The position numbers and the translations under genes were made by a program. DNA of 64,000 nt from Perkinsela sp. CCAP 1560/9 (lineage: Eukaryota; Protista; Euglenozoa: Kinetoplastea), in contig CBFFSA010000003.1 in assembly GCA_965644495.1 (NCBI GenBank), positions 1,116,001 to 1,180,000 on the forward strand. Direction: 5' to 3'. The stretch's first letter is position 1, and every line of letters starts with the position of its first letter. Positions 61,108-64,000 of this stretch are shown here, piece after piece. Under the pieces are notes generated by a model, which worked only from the letters and a program-made list of their open reading frames with translations, was not told the DNA's origin and made no database searches.

Positions 61108-62154
61108 TTAGCGCAAACCAAGGCCAGCCAATTCTGTTTCAAGTGAATTCATACTGTTCTTTGTCTTGTGTTCAGATTGGTCAGCTTTCCCTTTTTTTCC
61201 TTTTGTTACATGGCCACTCTTTCGTGAATTCGCCAAACCAGTATCATCCGCGCCGTTTTTAGTGCAATGGTTCGTACTATGCTCATTCAAGACCTCAAGT
61301 AGACACATAAGGTCAATCGGACAGGATTTGGTCGGAAAATGGATTGAAGCGCGCTTTAAAGCATCTTGCTTACTAGTGACACCGGCTTGTACTAGGCGGC
61401 TAAACAAATCTTCCTGGATATAGGGATCAAAAACCAATAAACAGGCAAGGCCGCTTTGTGCTCCGACGTATACGGCTGAGTAAAATAAATACTTGGATTC
61501 CTTGCAAATATTTTCTACCGTCGGCTTGTGACAGAAGTCAAATACTAAACTTTTAAGGGAGCGCACAATGTCCCCCAAAATCCGCGAATCGTATAACGCC
61601 CGTATCGCTCGGAGAATATTGTACTCATCACGGCATAATTTGACCTCATGAGGATCGCACAGTTTATATTTTAATGATTTTAGTTCATGCTCTATTTCAC
61701 CCGCTGATAAGTGGGAAGTTCTCTTTTCATTTTCAAGTTTAGGACGAGTAATTCTCAAACAAATCGCTTCAGAGAGTCTAGCTAGTTGTGCATGATCGGT
61801 CTTTGTTCTTTCCTGACGCTCCTCATTCTTTCCATGCATGATTTCTCCTTTGAATAATATTTCTTGGGCTACTGCTTTCAACTCGGTAGTCCCAAAGGCT
61901 TCTTGTAGAGTGGAAAGCTTCGCGGGCTCTTGTTTCGCCGCATTAGAAAAAATCAGAGGCCGATAAAGAAGAGAATCAATATCGCATCCCTCGGGTAGTG
62001 ATTCTAACTTTTGTTTTCGATCACGTTTTTCTATTTCACTGACGGTTCTATTTTTATGCAATAAGATCTCAAATCGGTGTCCGAACTTTTTGTACCGAGC
62101 TGTTACAACCCCTTCCATGGCAGCATGCTTTTCTTTCCGTATCGCACCCTTCAT
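61108..62154 (-). CDS. SBDS/Sdo1-family ribosome maturation protein (divergent)
   Basis: ARYKKFGHRFEI and IFSNAAKQEPAK...LQEAFGTTE...EILFKGEI match the SBDS N-domain. Confidence 0.75.
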   Translation of the reverse strand: MKGAIRKEKHAAMEGVVTARYKKFGHRFEILLHKNRTVSEIEKRDRKQKLESLPEGCDIDSLLYRPLIFSNAAKQEPAKLSTLQEAFGTTELKAVAQEILFKGEIMHGKNEERQERTKTDHAQLARLSEAICLRITRPKLENEKRTSHLSAGEIEHELKSLKYKLCDPHEVKLCRDEYNILRAIRALYDSRILGDIVRSLKSLVFDFCHKPTVENICKESKYLFYSAVYVGAQSGLACLLVFDPYIQEDLFSRLVQAGVTSKQDALKRASIHFPTKSCPIDLMCLLEVLNEHSTNHCTKNGADDTGLANSRKSGHVTKGKKGKADQSEHKTKNSMNSLETELAGLGLR

Positions 62155-62411
62155 TTCTATTTGGGATATGTAGGTATTTTACTATGAGGTCAAACGATTT
62201 CTTTGGTGAAAAATTGGGGTAATTCATGAATTCATAGGTTTACCGAACGTCGCAAAAGCTTTGCATCAACGACGTAAATAACTATTTCAGAATTTCTGAT
62301 TTTTTTGTATAAATGTCGGTGCAGTGATCAACCTTTTCATGTAAAAAATAAACAATTGTAATAGTAAAACTTCAAAGCAAGATGATCCGAAATGCGTTGC
62401 TTACTCCTTGC

Positions 62412-63830
62412 TTACTTTCGGTGTGCGGCTCGCAAATTCCTGCGCTCGTTAATGTTGAATCTTGAGTAGCTAGAATTTTCGCGCAGTCGATGGCCAGCCT
62501 TCTTTTTGTAGTCTGCGCCAAGATAAGATCCACGGTCAGGATCTTGCTCGCGCATCAATTCACGTAAGTGCTGCTTGTTCCGAAGGCTCTTTGGTTTACC
62601 AAAATCCCGTAACTGGTCCTCTCTTAATGCTAATGTCTTGTTTGTCCCATGCGCACCCCACCGAGGCTTTGGAATACTGTATCGGATTCCACGTGTATTA
62701 ATACGGCGGCTCCAATTGATCCACATTTTGTGTTCCCCAGTATCTTTGTCAATGGAGTAGCTCACTTTCTTTAATGTGTTTCCTGATCCGCAACTGGGAC
62801 AAAACTGACGATCACTGTCGTGCACTATTGTATAACATGCGTGACATCTCAATACCCATGTACGAATTCTTTTAATAATACGACCATCAGTCCCAATAAC
62901 CGGAACGCCTAAGTGCATCAGTGCATTCTGCATGGAGAAATCAATTGTTAAACACGAAACGGTGGGCACATCCGCTGTGTGGATATCTTCTGCCGTAGGT
63001 ACATAAATTCGAGAATTGTCTTCGCAACTCAACTGCTTGATCCCTGAACTGTCTTGAGCAATGCGCTCCTGTAAGTTCTCGCTTGTTATCCAATCGTCAT
63101 CCTCTTTCTCGTTTTCTTCGTACTCTGCCCATTCCTCAGATGCCGAGTTTGTCTGACTTTCTATTTCGGTCTCAGAATTCTCGTCGCTGCAACATTCTTT
63201 TGACCTATTTTGCCCAACTTCACTCTTTTCCAACTCACTTTCTGTGCCATCTGCGGAATGTGAATCTTTTTCCTGCAACACGCCGGCCTCTTTGGCGAGT
63301 TGATAGGTCAGAGCCATAACTTTCAAATCTGTGCGACTGAGAGAAGAGAAATCGCCACTCTGTTTGGTGTGTGCAATGACCGTACTCACGGCGTTAGGGC
63401 CGGGGGAATGAACCTTGATCTCACAAAGAGCGTTTTGCAGTGCCTGTCGATGACGAGCATCACGTATCTCTCGTAGCACTTCCGGGACGGTGTAGATTTC
63501 ATCCGCTAATTCACTCCAGTTGGGTACACGAAGGAAGGCACCGGTGTCTAAGACAATACGCGAAGCCACAGGGCCAGTATCAGCATCTATGGGATGTATT
63601 CGCGTGTCATTACCACTTTGAAGGGCATCTACAGTAAAATTCGAATCGGATATTCTTGTTATCAGATTTTCAACGCCAGACTGCAGAGAGGAGTTCGCTG
63701 TTGATAAAACCACAGTGGGGGGTCGAAGGCTTTGAACAATGCTTTGAGATTTCTCGTCGGAATCAACTCCAGTTCCTTGCGAGGTCGGATTTTCCTTTTT
63801 CGATTCTCGCAATAGAGAGGCCCATGACAT
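62412..63830 (-). CDS. NOB1: 20S pre-rRNA endonuclease NOB1
   Basis: PIN motifs VLDTGAF, LSRTDLKVMAL, WIT and DFSMQN; Zn ribbon LRCHAC...FCPSCG; RGIRYSIPKP. Confidence 0.95.
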   Translation of the reverse strand: MSWASLLRESKKENPTSQGTGVDSDEKSQSIVQSLRPPTVVLSTANSSLQSGVENLITRISDSNFTVDALQSGNDTRIHPIDADTGPVASRIVLDTGAFLRVPNWSELADEIYTVPEVLREIRDARHRQALQNALCEIKVHSPGPNAVSTVIAHTKQSGDFSSLSRTDLKVMALTYQLAKEAGVLQEKDSHSADGTESELEKSEVGQNRSKECCSDENSETEIESQTNSASEEWAEYEENEKEDDDWITSENLQERIAQDSSGIKQLSCEDNSRIYVPTAEDIHTADVPTVSCLTIDFSMQNALMHLGVPVIGTDGRIIKRIRTWVLRCHACYTIVHDSDRQFCPSCGSGNTLKKVSYSIDKDTGEHKMWINWSRRINTRGIRYSIPKPRWGAHGTNKTLALREDQLRDFGKPKSLRNKQHLRELMREQDPDRGSYLGADYKKKAGHRLRENSSYSRFNINERRNLRAAHRK

Positions 63831-64000
63831 TAATGAAAAGGTGCAGTGTCTGCAAAAATGTCTAGGTTTGTGATCAATTAAAAGTATTGTTCTGCGAGTA
63901 AAACAAAATATAACCGTTAGCCGTGCTTAAAGATTAAGGAGATCAACTATCTTTGTAAAAGTTTCGCGTACGCGCACAAAATATATAGTGACTTATTCTT

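Noticed and set aside
1-64000. Stop-codon reassignment (Blastocrithidia-like), cis-introns or an SL RNA gene
   Set aside because: Genes are full length in the standard code with all three stops used terminally, and no SL exon-like sequence was seen.

Overview
Eukaryotic nuclear DNA, almost certainly kinetoplastid (Euglenozoa). All 24 credible CDSs are intronless and lie head-to-tail on the minus strand, like one polycistronic transcription unit, and the standard genetic code is used. One gene encodes the euglenozoan-specific ATP synthase subunit ATPTB4, and there is a kinetoplastid-type double-domain AMP deaminase. The proteins are very divergent and tightly packed, which suggests a reduced lineage such as Perkinsela or another prokinetoplastid (inference only). 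Housekeeping genes: LSm6/SmF-like, PSF1, UBA4/MOCS3, UTP10, SEC13, DEAH helicase, RecQ, UTP22, AMPD, eIF3j, BTB-SPRY, COX11, RAD5-like, IPI3/WDR18-like, m-AAA FtsH, SBDS-like and NOB1. Features the ORF track does not show: (1) three ~1 kb islands inside UBA4, BTB-SPRY and FtsH where the + strand flips abruptly from extremely C-rich to extremely G-rich, rewriting synonymous sites and amino-acid content; these are candidate bidirectional replication origins or initiation sites; (2) TA-flanked, TIR-bounded Tc1/mariner-type MITEs, including a nested pair with the same end architecture, which is unexpected for a kinetoplastid; (3) a minus-strand box C/D snoRNA cluster at 48.2-49.1 kb with recognisable LSU rRNA guides; (4) an antisense, stop-interrupted reading frame with a C2H2 zinc finger, probably a retroposon relic; (5) a trypsin-fold protease and a PAN/B-lectin surface protein. 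No tRNA, rRNA, SL RNA or CRISPR array was found. All family assignments come from motif recognition by eye; no searches were run.
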